Assembly: GCA_040876885.1 (NCBI GenBank)
Contig: JBBDOU010000005.1
Coordinates: 38,620 to 93,203, forward strand
From: Minisyncoccota bacterium
GTDB lineage: Bacteria > Patescibacteriota > Minisyncoccia > Phycocordibacterales > JABMNX01
DNA: 54,584 nucleotides
Direction of reading: 5' to 3'
Shown: positions 8,582 to 16,883 of the stretch, piece by piece
How positions within the stretch are numbered: position 1 is the stretch's first letter
Layout of the letters: each line of letters starts with the position of its first letter
Translations under genes and position numbers: made by a program
Notes under the pieces: model-generated
The model's database searches: none
What the model was told of the DNA's origin: nothing
What the model saw: only the letters and a program-made list of their open reading frames with translations

Positions 8582-9481
8582 ATGTTAGTTATCACATACA
8601 GAAAAATATTTTACGCACTCACGGTAATCTTGGTTGTTGCTTCGGTTTTCTCTATTGGTCTCTTTGGATTGAATTTCGGTGTTGATTTTACTGGAGGTTC
8701 GTTACTTGAGATTTCTTACACAGGAGATGTTCCTCAAAAAGAAGTACTTGAGCGGCGCATTGAGAGTTTGGCCATAGGAGGGTTTTCATTACGGAGTATC
8801 GGAGAGGGTGGATTTATTTTACGAACACAAGAACTAACTGATGAGGCTCGTCTCAATGTACTTTCTGCACTTTCATTAAATGGTGAATTTGAGGTCGCTC
8901 AGGAGCGCATCACCACAATCGGACCAGTTATTGGAAATGAGTTAAAGAACAAAGCGCTGACCGCTATTATTGTGGTGATTATCGCCATTATTCTTTTCAT
9001 AGCGTTTGTCTTTAGAAAAGTATCAGAGCCCGTATCATCATGGAAGTACGGACTCATTGCAGTTCTTGCACTACTTCACGATGTGCTTATTCCTATTGGA
9101 GTTTTTGCGGTCCTCGGGCATCTCTTTGGTTCAGAGATAAACGTACTTTTTGTTATGGCACTTTTGGCGATTCTCGGGTACTCAGTAAACGATACGATTG
9201 TTGTGTTTGACCGTGTACGAGAGAATCTTCGAATCAATAAAGAGTTACATAGAAAAGAAGATTTCGATCTTACGGTCGGGAAGAGCCTTTCTCAGACGTA
9301 TACTCGTTCTATTAATACGTCGCTTACCACGGTGCTGGTACTTTTCGCACTCTTTTTCTTTGGCGCAACAGCAACACAGGATTTCGCGCTTACACTCTTG
9401 GTGGGAGTTATCGCAGGAACCTATTCCTCAATTTTCCTTGCCACACCGCTTTTGGTTACATGGGGAGGGGTGAAGAAGTAA
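8582..9481 (+). CDS. secF: Protein translocase subunit SecF
   Basis: Trimmed from ORF 8546..9481 to the first ATG after the secD stop. Motifs GVDFTGGSLLEI and GYSVNDTIVVFDRVREN. Confidence 0.9.
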   Translation: MLVITYRKIFYALTVILVVASVFSIGLFGLNFGVDFTGGSLLEISYTGDVPQKEVLERRIESLAIGGFSLRSIGEGGFILRTQELTDEARLNVLSALSLNGEFEVAQERITTIGPVIGNELKNKALTAIIVVIIAIILFIAFVFRKVSEPVSSWKYGLIAVLALLHDVLIPIGVFAVLGHLFGSEINVLFVMALLAILGYSVNDTIVVFDRVRENLRINKELHRKEDFDLTVGKSLSQTYTRSINTSLTTVLVLFALFFFGATATQDFALTLLVGVIAGTYSSIFLATPLLVTWGGVKK

Positions 9482-9510
9482 AAATAAAAATCTAAAAAAT
9501 TGTATATAAA

Positions 9511-9556
9511 AACACCCCCGAGACATTCCTGTCTCGGGGGGTAGTGTTTTTTTTTA
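9511..9556 (+). terminator. Rho-independent terminator after secF
   Basis: CCCCCGAGAC (9515-9524) pairs with GTCTCGGGGG (9531-9540), followed by a T9 run. Confidence 0.85.
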
Positions 9557-9627
9557 AAGGAGATACTTTAGTTTAGTTCGGTGTGCTAGCATAAAGCACT
9601 TCGTGCTTTATGCTACACCGTGCTACC

Positions 9628-9650
9628 TTTTGGCGGTCCGACCGCCAAAA
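9628..9650. repeat. REP-like palindrome, family 1 (TTTGGCGG-TCCGA-CCGCCAAA), copy 1
   Basis: TTTTGGCGG TCCGA CCGCCAAAA. Same core as copies at 20271, 20510 and 20807. Preceded by an unrelated 13-bp-stem hairpin at 9583-9618. Confidence 0.85.
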
Positions 9651-9730
9651 TACCGTCAAAATAGAAAAAATAAATAAACCAACAATCCGCGAGGCAGTAT
9701 TGGTGGTTTCTCTATATAACCCACATATTC

Positions 9731-9758
9731 TTGACTTTAAACGAGGGGAGTATATACT
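9731..9758 (+). promoter_or_regulatory. Sigma70-like promoter candidate for the 16S rRNA unit
   Basis: TTGACT (9731-9736), 16 nt, TATACT (9753-9758), about 300 nt upstream of the 16S 5' end. Confidence 0.5.
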
Positions 9759-10001
9759 GTCCTCAACTGCATTTTTGAGCAGTTTTTATTTTGAATCCAC
9801 GATGGGTGGGTGAGAACATTGATAATTAAATAGCTTGTGCGGACTTAAATCGTAACCCTTCCACGAGCGTTACGTTGTCCGTCTATGAGAATGTAATCAT
9901 TTCAATATTACATTCGTAACAGTAAATTCAGGAATTAGAATAATACAACCTCTCTTTAGGAGGAAGTTGTATAAAGAAGTAAGTCAGAATATAAGAGAAA
10001 G

Positions 10002-10031
10002 GTTAGTATCTTTTCTTTTGTTTCGTTCATC
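10002..10031 (+). other. 16S leader half of the pre-16S processing stem
   Basis: GTTAGTATCTTTTCTTTTGTTTCGTTCATC is complementary at 27 of 30 positions to 11648-11677. Confidence 0.7.
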
Positions 10032-10062
10032 TTAGGATGTGTCGTAAGGCACGTTAATATTT

Positions 10063-11512
<1,450 letters not shown>

Positions 11513-11647
11513 AATTGGAAATGTTATTTCGCACCCCGTGAAATAACTGAATTGGTCGGATTTATATGCCTCGTACGAGCATATAAACAAGCAATAGTGT
11601 TGAATCTTCTCTCTACACTCGCGCACCAGGATATCGCGTACTTGGAT

Positions 11648-11677
11648 GATGAACGAAACAAAAGAAAGCATACTATC
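11648..11677 (+). other. 16S trailer half of the processing stem
   Basis: GATGAACGAAACAAAAGAAAGCATACTATC pairs with 10002-10031. The 135-nt trailer between the 16S 3' end and this stem holds hairpins at about 11511-11556 and 11560-11590. Confidence 0.7.
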
Positions 11678-11689
11678 TATATATATTAG

Positions 11690-11728
11690 AAAACAAACAC
11701 GCCAGGCAACTGGCGTGTTTGTTGTTTT
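11690..11728 (+). terminator. Rho-independent terminator of the stand-alone 16S unit
   Basis: AACAAACACGCCAG-GCAA-CTGGCGTGTTTGTT, a 14-bp stem followed by GTTTT. Confidence 0.85.
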
Positions 11729-11810
11729 AAGTTTGGAAAGGAGGGTATTGACTTTTATATATAAAAATGTTATCATTAACATAGTATTAAATCAGCCTGG
11801 GAGGAAGATT

Positions 11811-12038
11811 ATGCGAGTGTGTAACCCGATTGAGCGTCTCGCTCTTCAGGATGCGAAGCGCGAGAGAAACCTGAAGGTATTGAAACTGTTGGTTTCTCTG
11901 CCTGTTATCTACGTTGGGCTTTGCTTGTTCATAAGTCTGCTTGTGCTCGTGAGCGCGGCGCTCGGAGCGCCTTCTTTAGGGGAATACGTTCCCTACATTC
12001 ACTGGCCTTTGAAGCTCCTCGTTCCATTCCTTTTGTAA
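11811..12038 (+). CDS. Small hypothetical membrane protein (75 aa)
   Basis: Trimmed from ORF 11646..12038, whose 5' part overlaps the rRNA processing stem and terminator. ATG 11811 follows GGGAGGAAG. Hydrophobic core LLVSLPVIYVGLCLFISLLVLV. Followed by a strong terminator. Confidence 0.45.
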   Translation: MRVCNPIERLALQDAKRERNLKVLKLLVSLPVIYVGLCLFISLLVLVSAALGAPSLGEYVPYIHWPLKLLVPFLL

Positions 12039-12054
12039 CACATCTCCGCCACAC

Positions 12055-12086
12055 CCGGCCCTGCAATTACGCAGGGCCGGTTTTTA
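12055..12086 (+). terminator. Rho-independent terminator
   Basis: CCGGCCCTGC-AATTAC-GCAGGGCCGG followed by TTTTTATTTT. Confidence 0.8.
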
Positions 12087-12116
12087 TTTTCACACAAAAA
12101 CATATTAAAAACATAA

Positions 12117-12146
12117 GCGCGGGGAGTTTTACTCCCCGCGCGTTTT
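12117..12146. terminator. Bidirectional terminator-like hairpin
   Basis: GCGCGGGGAG-TTTTA-CTCCCCGCGC with GTTTT downstream on the + strand. The - strand also has a T-rich tract (complement of AAAAACATAA). Confidence 0.6.
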
Positions 12147-12155
12147 CATTTCCTT

Positions 12156-12296
12156 CTAATCGCTACTTTTTTTATTTTTCTTTTTGGGTGTTTTGCAACA
12201 CACCCGTACAAATTCCTTGACATCTTGGCCTGGTGGCGGTTTTCGCACTCCAGTTGCACGACGCCTCCTTTGAGTATTTCTATTCCTTTTTCCCAT
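12156..12296 (-). CDS. Candidate small basic protein (46 aa), below the ORF-track cutoff
   Basis: Minus-strand ATG (12296) preceded by AGAAAGGA. Product MGKRNRNTQRRRRATGVRKPPPGQDVKEFVRVCCKTPKKKNKKSSD. Stop lies just before the 12117-12146 hairpin. No homology recognised. Confidence 0.25.
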   Translation of the reverse strand: MGKRNRNTQRRRRATGVRKPPPGQDVKEFVRVCCKTPKKKNKKSSD

Positions 12297-12750
12297 AAGT
12301 CCTTTCTCTCCCTTCAGGTTAGTTCCGTGGGCTCATTTGAGATAAAGCCAGTTGCTCAGGTACTCTGGATTCCGTTTGTTTGGTGACTACTCAGTCCTTC
12401 TCTCGTTCTCTCTTTTTCCGCCTCCTCTGGTTTCTTTCTGATGTTTCTGGCTTACCCCGGTGTTTTTTAGTTGTGGGTTTTCGTCCACCGCTATGTACCC
12501 GGGAAGGGCCTTTGTCTTGAGGTGCTCCATTTTGAGCGTAGCCGTTACACACGCAAACCTCCTAGTCTTTTTTTTAGAACGTAACTAATTTAGATGGTAT
12601 CAGGTATAAAATAAATACTCAAGCATTGAGGTTTTAAGCTAATTCTGGTACTATTTTGCGTACTCAGCCCCTCAAGAATCTTTGATTGATAATGTACAGC
12701 GACTTTGTTTTCTTACGAGCTGGCGAGTTAGTAAACAGGAAGTACTCTTG

Positions 12751-12813
12751 GTGGTGGTAGATCAGATGGTTAGAGCGGAGAAATAGTGTCTAAACACTAT
12801 TTCTCCTGATAAT
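12751..12813 (+). pseudogene. tRNA-Ile-derived fragment F1: diverged 5' half plus hairpin cassette plus anticodon-loop remnant
   Basis: GTGGTGG-TA-GATC-AGATGGTTA-GAGC-G resembles the 5' half of the intact gene. The 5' anticodon-stem strand CGTCA is replaced by a 28-nt hairpin (12778-12805), followed by CTGATAAT. There is no 3' half. Confidence 0.7.
12778..12805 (+). repeat. 28-nt hairpin cassette, copy 1
   Basis: GAGAAATAGTG-TCTAAA-CACTATTTCTC, a perfect 11-bp stem. Same context (TAGAGCG_CTGATAAT) as copy 2 at 12995-13022. Confidence 0.85.
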
Positions 12814-12828
12814 CTTTCTGAGCTGTGT

Positions 12829-12847
12829 GCGGGTGTAGCTCAGGTGG
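12829..12847 (+). pseudogene. tRNA-Ile fragment F2: exact 5' 19 nt of the intact gene
   Basis: GCGGGTGTAGCTCAGGTGG is identical to 12881-12899. It is preceded by CTTTCTGAGCTGTG (12814-12827), which is complementary (one G-T) to the trailer CACAGTTCAGAAAG found after F3 and F5. Confidence 0.8.
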
Positions 12848-12880
12848 GTTCGTTTGCAAAAGAATATTGCTTGGCATTGT

Positions 12881-12954
12881 GCGGGTGTAGCTCAGGTGGT
12901 TAGAGCGCGTCACTGATAATGACGAGGTCGTAGGTTCGAGTCCTACCATCCGCA
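12881..12954 (+). tRNA. tRNA-Ile (anticodon GAT), intact, CCA not encoded
   Basis: GCGGGTG-TA-GCTC-AGGTGGTTA-GAGC-G-CGTCA-CTGATAA-TGACG-AGGTC-GTAGG-TTCGAGT-CCTAC-CATCCGC-A. All four stems pair, with one G-T in the acceptor. Confidence 0.9.
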
Positions 12955-12987
12955 CAATGCTCGTCAATCAAATTCTTTTGTAAGCGA

Positions 12988-13066
12988 TAGAGCGGAGAAA
13001 CAGTGTTTAAACACTGTCTCTCCTGATAATGACGAGGTCGTAGGTTCGAGTCCTACCATCCGCACA
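12988..13066 (+). pseudogene. tRNA-Ile fragment F3: D-stem 3' strand plus hairpin cassette plus complete 3' part from the anticodon loop
   Basis: TAGAGCG, then the hairpin (12995-13022), then CTGATAATGACGAGGTCGTAGGTTCGAGTCCTACCATCCGCACA, which is identical to the intact gene from the anticodon loop onward. Lacks the acceptor 5' strand and CGTCA. Confidence 0.8.
12995..13022 (+). repeat. 28-nt hairpin cassette, copy 2
   Basis: GAGAAACAGTG-TTTAAA-CACTGTCTCTC. Relative to copy 1, a T:A pair becomes C:G (both strands changed). Confidence 0.85.
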
Positions 13067-13078
13067 CAGTTCAGAAAG

Positions 13079-13117
13079 AAATGATGAGGTCCCAAGTTCG
13101 AGTCTTGGCATCCGCAC
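13079..13117 (+). pseudogene. tRNA 3' fragment F4 with an alternative T stem
   Basis: AAATGATGAGGTC-CCAAG-TTCGAGT-CTTGG-CATCCGCAC. Same loop and acceptor strand as tRNA-Ile, but the T stem GTAGG/CCTAC is replaced by CCAAG/CTTGG with pairing preserved. Confidence 0.7.
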
Positions 13118-13134
13118 TTTGGAAAGTACCTAAT

Positions 13135-13161
13135 GTAGGTTCGAGTCCTACCATCCGCACA
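13135..13161 (+). pseudogene. tRNA-Ile fragment F5: T arm plus acceptor 3' strand
   Basis: GTAGGTTCGAGTCCTACCATCCGCACA. With the trailer CAGTTCAGAAAGAA it forms a 41-bp perfect direct repeat of 13040-13080. Confidence 0.8.
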
Positions 13162-13183
13162 CAGTTCAGAAAGAATAGACGTC

Positions 13184-13240
13184 AAAAATCCAAGGACCGT
13201 CCTTGGATTTTTACTTTTTTATCCACGGACGGTCCTTGGA
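13184..13240. repeat. REP-like palindrome family 2 doublet A (CCAAGGAC-N-GTCCTTGG); the first hairpin doubles as a terminator
   Basis: AAAAATCCAAGGA-CCG-TCCTTGGATTTTT (13184-13212), then TCCACGGAC-G-GTCCTTGGA (13222-13240). Same two-hairpin layout as 15652-15707. Confidence 0.8.
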
Positions 13241-13251
13241 CAACAAATAAC

Positions 13252-13281
13252 TTGCATTATGGGTGGTATTGGTTGTATACT
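13252..13281 (+). promoter_or_regulatory. Sigma70-like promoter candidate for the fur-ZIP-yibE/F cassette
   Basis: TTGCAT (13252-13257), 18 nt, TATACT (13276-13281). The same CTTGCATTAT...TATACT design occurs at 42971-42999. Confidence 0.45.
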
Positions 13282-13286
13282 ATCTT

Positions 13287-13303
13287 ATGCAAATAACTTG
13301 CAT
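13287..13303. promoter_or_regulatory. Candidate Fur-family operator (inverted repeat)
   Basis: ATGCAA-ATAAC-TTGCAT lies between the -10 element and the fur ATG. A half-site-containing copy AAATAACTTGCAT occurs at 13246-13258. Confidence 0.35.
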
Positions 13304-13309
13304 GAGAAT

Positions 13310-13651
13310 ATGAGTATTAATATATACAGAGATAAAATTATAAAGTTACTTGAGAAAAATCATCTTTTGAGTATTTCAGACATCCATAAAAAGATATCAG
13401 GGGTTGATTATTCCACGGTGTATAGAAACATAGAGCAACTTGTTGTTGATGAAGAAATTAAGAAAGTTGTTTTTGATAAGGGGAGGATTATGTACGAGGT
13501 TAATAACACTCAAAATAATCACGATCATTTTGTCTGTAATAGCTGTGGCGCTGTCGACGAATTAGAAAGACCGGTTTTCAACTTGAGACTTCTGAAGAAT
13601 CATGCAGTAACAGATGTCCTTGTGAGAGGGTTTTGTAGAAATTGTAATTAA
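13310..13651 (+). CDS. Fur-family metalloregulator (Fur/Zur/PerR type)
   Basis: Trimmed from ORF 13259..13651. Winged-helix N-terminus (LSISDIHKKI..VDYSTVYRNIEQL). HDHFVCNSCG and FCRNC metal-site cysteines. Confidence 0.8.
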   Translation: MSINIYRDKIIKLLEKNHLLSISDIHKKISGVDYSTVYRNIEQLVVDEEIKKVVFDKGRIMYEVNNTQNNHDHFVCNSCGAVDELERPVFNLRLLKNHAVTDVLVRGFCRNCN

Positions 13652-13662
13652 AGTAACCACAC

Positions 13663-14448
13663 ATGATATTAGAAGCAATAGGAGCATCCATAGTAGTAGC
13701 AGCGGTTTCCTTAATAGGGGTTTTATTTTTTGGGAACAGCACATACCTCAAAGGTACTCAAAAATATATTGCACCAATAGCGGTAGGAGTATTTTTAAGT
13801 CTCGTCTTGTTTGAACTTATACCTGAAACACTGGAGCTTTCTCCCACATATGGGGCTATAGCCGTTGCGCTAGGGTTTATTGCTTTCTATGTATTATCAG
13901 CGCTTTTGCATAAGAAGTATCACAATCTTGAGGAGGAAGATTGTGACCGAAAGGGGGCAGCTATGTTACTCCTTATAGGTGACGCAGTACACAACATTGC
14001 TGATGGAGTCATTTTAGGAGGCGCTTTTTTAATAGACCCTACCATTGGGTTTGTTACAGCAATAGGGTTAGCACTGCATGAGATACCCCAAGAGATTATT
14101 GAGTTTGGGGTACTTATCCGCGCTGGGCATAGTAAAGTAAAAGCAGCACTCCTCAACCTACTTTCCGCGAGCAGTATTATTTTGGGTACGGTACTCATAA
14201 TGATTATTGCAGAGCACGCTGAGGAGTATGTTTGGATTCTTACTGGTGTCGCTGCGGGAAACCTATTGTTTTTGGCGGCAAGTGATTTATTACCAAGAAT
14301 ACACGGAAGCCTTAAAGAACATGGAAGTATATGGAAATCAGCACTATCGATTCTTTTGGGCTTTGCTGTAATGACGAGCGTTCTTATGTGGACACATGAA
14401 AATTTTGGTCATGCACATGAACATGAAGAGAAACACGAAGAACATTAA
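13663..14448 (+). CDS. ZIP-family divalent metal transporter (ZupT-like)
   Basis: Motifs HNIADGVILGGAF and LHEIPQEIIEFGVL. About 8 TM segments. His-rich tail HENFGHAHEHEEKHEEH. Confidence 0.85.
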   Translation: MILEAIGASIVVAAVSLIGVLFFGNSTYLKGTQKYIAPIAVGVFLSLVLFELIPETLELSPTYGAIAVALGFIAFYVLSALLHKKYHNLEEEDCDRKGAAMLLLIGDAVHNIADGVILGGAFLIDPTIGFVTAIGLALHEIPQEIIEFGVLIRAGHSKVKAALLNLLSASSIILGTVLIMIIAEHAEEYVWILTGVAAGNLLFLAASDLLPRIHGSLKEHGSIWKSALSILLGFAVMTSVLMWTHENFGHAHEHEEKHEEH

Positions 14449-14508
14449 AGTAAACAACGTGAGTGTAAATATGTTTATGAAAGACAATTTTGATATACTG
14501 CATAAATA

Positions 14509-15642
14509 ATGCTCCAGGATATATCTAAAAAACACGTATTGTTCTTGTGTGTAGTAGCGCTGTTGTTTGGACCCAGTATCGGTTCAGCTCAGGTGTTACA
14601 TGACGACTATCAAGGCACGTATCATGGAAAAGTAGTAGCAGTACTTGACGAAGAAACACGTGAAATTCCTGGAACAGGTACGGAACATCTTTATCAGACT
14701 ATTGAGGCGAGGGTATTGGATGGTCCACAAAAAGGAAAGATTATTACCATTGAGAATGATTACCTTGAGCTAGAAAGTGGAGACAAGTTTTATTTCAACT
14801 ACAGTGTTTATATTGATGGGAGTGAACATTATGCGATTATCAACATTGACCGCAAAGACTCACTCCTCCTCCTTGTTGTGATATTTGTGACAATGATTAT
14901 TGCTTTTGGTGGGTGGCAGGGTGTTAGGTCACTCGTAGCGCTTGTTGGTAGCTTCCTAGCAATAGTGTTTATATTGCTTCCTGGGATACTTAATGGTTGG
15001 AATCCACTAGTAGCGAGTGTACTGGTCGCGGGGGCTATATTATTTTTAGCAATATTTTTTACACATGGTTTCAATCGTGAATCCTTAGTTGCGTATGGGG
15101 GCACAATGATTGCAGTTGTCCTCGCTGGACTGTTTGCAGTATTTGCAGTTCATGTAACGGACCTTTCTGGGTTTGCATCTGATGAGACAACATACTTAAA
15201 TTTTAATACCGGAGGAACACTGAATTTTACTGCGTTGTTACTCGGTGCGTTTATTATAGGTTTTTTGGGTGTACTTGATGACATCGCCGTCACTCAATCT
15301 GCTGTTGTCTCTGAACTCTTTAATAGCAATCCTCACATGACGAGGCGAGAAGTGTATGCGCGTGCCATGCGGGTTGGGCGGGAGCACGTTGGTGCCTTAG
15401 TAAATACACTCGTACTTGCCTATACTGGTGCGTCATTACCGCTTTTGCTTTATTTCAGTTTAGGGTCAGCAAGTTTTACAACATCGATAAATCTTGAAAT
15501 ATTTGCCACAGAAATAGTTCGTGTCATCGTAGGGAGTGTTGGGTTAATTTTAACAGTCCCCATTGTTACTCTGCTAGCTGTTAGGTATCTGAAAGGGTAT
15601 CAGTCAAAACATAATCACTCACATGGACATATTCAGAGCTAA
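14509..15642 (+). CDS. YibE/F-family membrane protein
   Basis: Signal or anchor, an extracytoplasmic domain of about 100 aa, then a polytopic region with GVLDDIAVTQSAVVSEL and REHVGALVNTLVLAYTGASLPLLL. His-rich C-terminus HNHSHGH. Confidence 0.6.
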   Translation: MLQDISKKHVLFLCVVALLFGPSIGSAQVLHDDYQGTYHGKVVAVLDEETREIPGTGTEHLYQTIEARVLDGPQKGKIITIENDYLELESGDKFYFNYSVYIDGSEHYAIINIDRKDSLLLLVVIFVTMIIAFGGWQGVRSLVALVGSFLAIVFILLPGILNGWNPLVASVLVAGAILFLAIFFTHGFNRESLVAYGGTMIAVVLAGLFAVFAVHVTDLSGFASDETTYLNFNTGGTLNFTALLLGAFIIGFLGVLDDIAVTQSAVVSELFNSNPHMTRREVYARAMRVGREHVGALVNTLVLAYTGASLPLLLYFSLGSASFTTSINLEIFATEIVRVIVGSVGLILTVPIVTLLAVRYLKGYQSKHNHSHGHIQS

Positions 15643-15651
15643 TAAACAAAT

Positions 15652-15707
15652 AAAAAATCCAAGGGTGGTCCTTGGATTTTTGCTTTTGCCCAAGGACCGT
15701 CCTTGGA
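15652..15707. repeat. REP-like palindrome family 2 doublet B
   Basis: AAAAATCCAAGG-GTGGT-CCTTGGATTTTT (15652-15681), then CCAAGGAC-C-GTCCTTGG (15690-15706). Direct repeat of doublet A. Confidence 0.8.
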
Positions 15708-15817
15708 CAATAAAGTGCCACCAACAGTCATCGTCACAGTAGAACCTGAAGACGGGGAAGCAAACCCCAACAAAAGAATAGCCTTTTCTTCTTATGAAAG
15801 TGCTGTATCATGGCACT

Positions 15818-16504
15818 ATGTCAACGCTCTATATTATAGGAACACCAATAGGAAACCTTGAAGATATCACGCTTCGCGCTGTTCGAACACTCAGTGAAGT
15901 GAGTGTTATCTTTTGTGAAGATACACGGGTGACTCAGAAGCTTCTGAGTCGGTATGAAATAGATACGCCACTACGAAGACTTGATGCAAACATTGAAAAG
16001 ACTCGCGCACAAGAAGTGATTGACCACTTGGTCTCAGGCGAAGATATTGCTTTTGTTACTGATGCGGGGACTCCAGGAATTTCAGATCCTGGAACAAGAC
16101 TTGTGGAGAGTGTTCGACAGGCTCTGGGTGACGGTTTTTCTATTGAACCAATTCCTGGAGCTTCTGCACTCACTGCGGTTCTCTCTATTGCAGGGGTACA
16201 AGCAGACCAGTTCGTTTTTATAGGTTTCCTTCCCCATAAAAAAGGTCGCCAGACTCTCTTAAAAGAAATTAATACCATCTGGCGTGCAGTGGTGCTCTAT
16301 GAGTCGCCACATCGTATTTTAAAACTCCTCACGGAACTTACTGAATGCATTGGAGAAAGAAAGGTGGTAGTAGCTCGGGAGTTAACTAAAAAATTTGAAG
16401 AAGTTCAAATTGGAAGCCCGCTTGATATCAAGAATTTTTTTGAGGAAAGTAGAACGGTTATGAAAGGGGAGTTTGTTGTCGTTATTTCCCCCAAAAAGCA
16501 GTAA
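15818..16504 (+). CDS. rsmI: 16S rRNA (cytidine1402-2'-O)-methyltransferase RsmI
   Basis: Trimmed from ORF 15794..16504. LYIIGTPIGNLEDITLRAVRTLSEVSVIFCEDTRVTQKLL and DAGTPGISDPG (tetrapyrrole-methylase fold). Confidence 0.85.
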   Translation: MSTLYIIGTPIGNLEDITLRAVRTLSEVSVIFCEDTRVTQKLLSRYEIDTPLRRLDANIEKTRAQEVIDHLVSGEDIAFVTDAGTPGISDPGTRLVESVRQALGDGFSIEPIPGASALTAVLSIAGVQADQFVFIGFLPHKKGRQTLLKEINTIWRAVVLYESPHRILKLLTELTECIGERKVVVARELTKKFEEVQIGSPLDIKNFFEESRTVMKGEFVVVISPKKQ

Positions 16505-16565
16505 TTTGAGCTTTAGTGAACAGAAGGTATACTATAGAGGTCTAAAATCTTTAGCCTCGTAATAT

Positions 16566-16883
16566 ATGTATATGTCAAAAAATTCAGCATTAATTTTATT
16601 TGGAAGTTTAATAATTATCGTATCGTTTCTTGGTATACCGTCTTCGTGGAAGACTGTTGCGTTTAGTATCCTCGGAGTTTTAGTTGTGACGTTGGCCCTC
16701 CTGTTAAGAAAAGACATCACTTCAGGAGCGTTGTGCCTACACTTAACTGAAGAAAAGCGGACTGACAGTTATGCTCAAAGCGGAGTACTTCGTACAGGAA
16801 GGGATTCTAAAGTGAATGAAGAAACGGATGAGTCACCAGCAACACCAGCGTATGAAAAAGACAATACGGAAATACACGCATAG
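16566..16883 (+). CDS. Hypothetical small membrane protein
   Basis: Two predicted TM segments (ALILFGSLIIIVSFLGI; AFSILGVLVVTLALLL). Overlaps the next ORF by 68 nt. Confidence 0.4.
   Translation: MYMSKNSALILFGSLIIIVSFLGIPSSWKTVAFSILGVLVVTLALLLRKDITSGALCLHLTEEKRTDSYAQSGVLRTGRDSKVNEETDESPATPAYEKDNTEIHA

Noticed and set aside
12751-13175. Possibility that the closely spaced repeats are a CRISPR array
   Set aside because: The repeats are pieces of a tRNA gene of different lengths with irregular spacing and partly nested arrangement. There is no constant repeat or spacer periodicity and no cas genes in the window.
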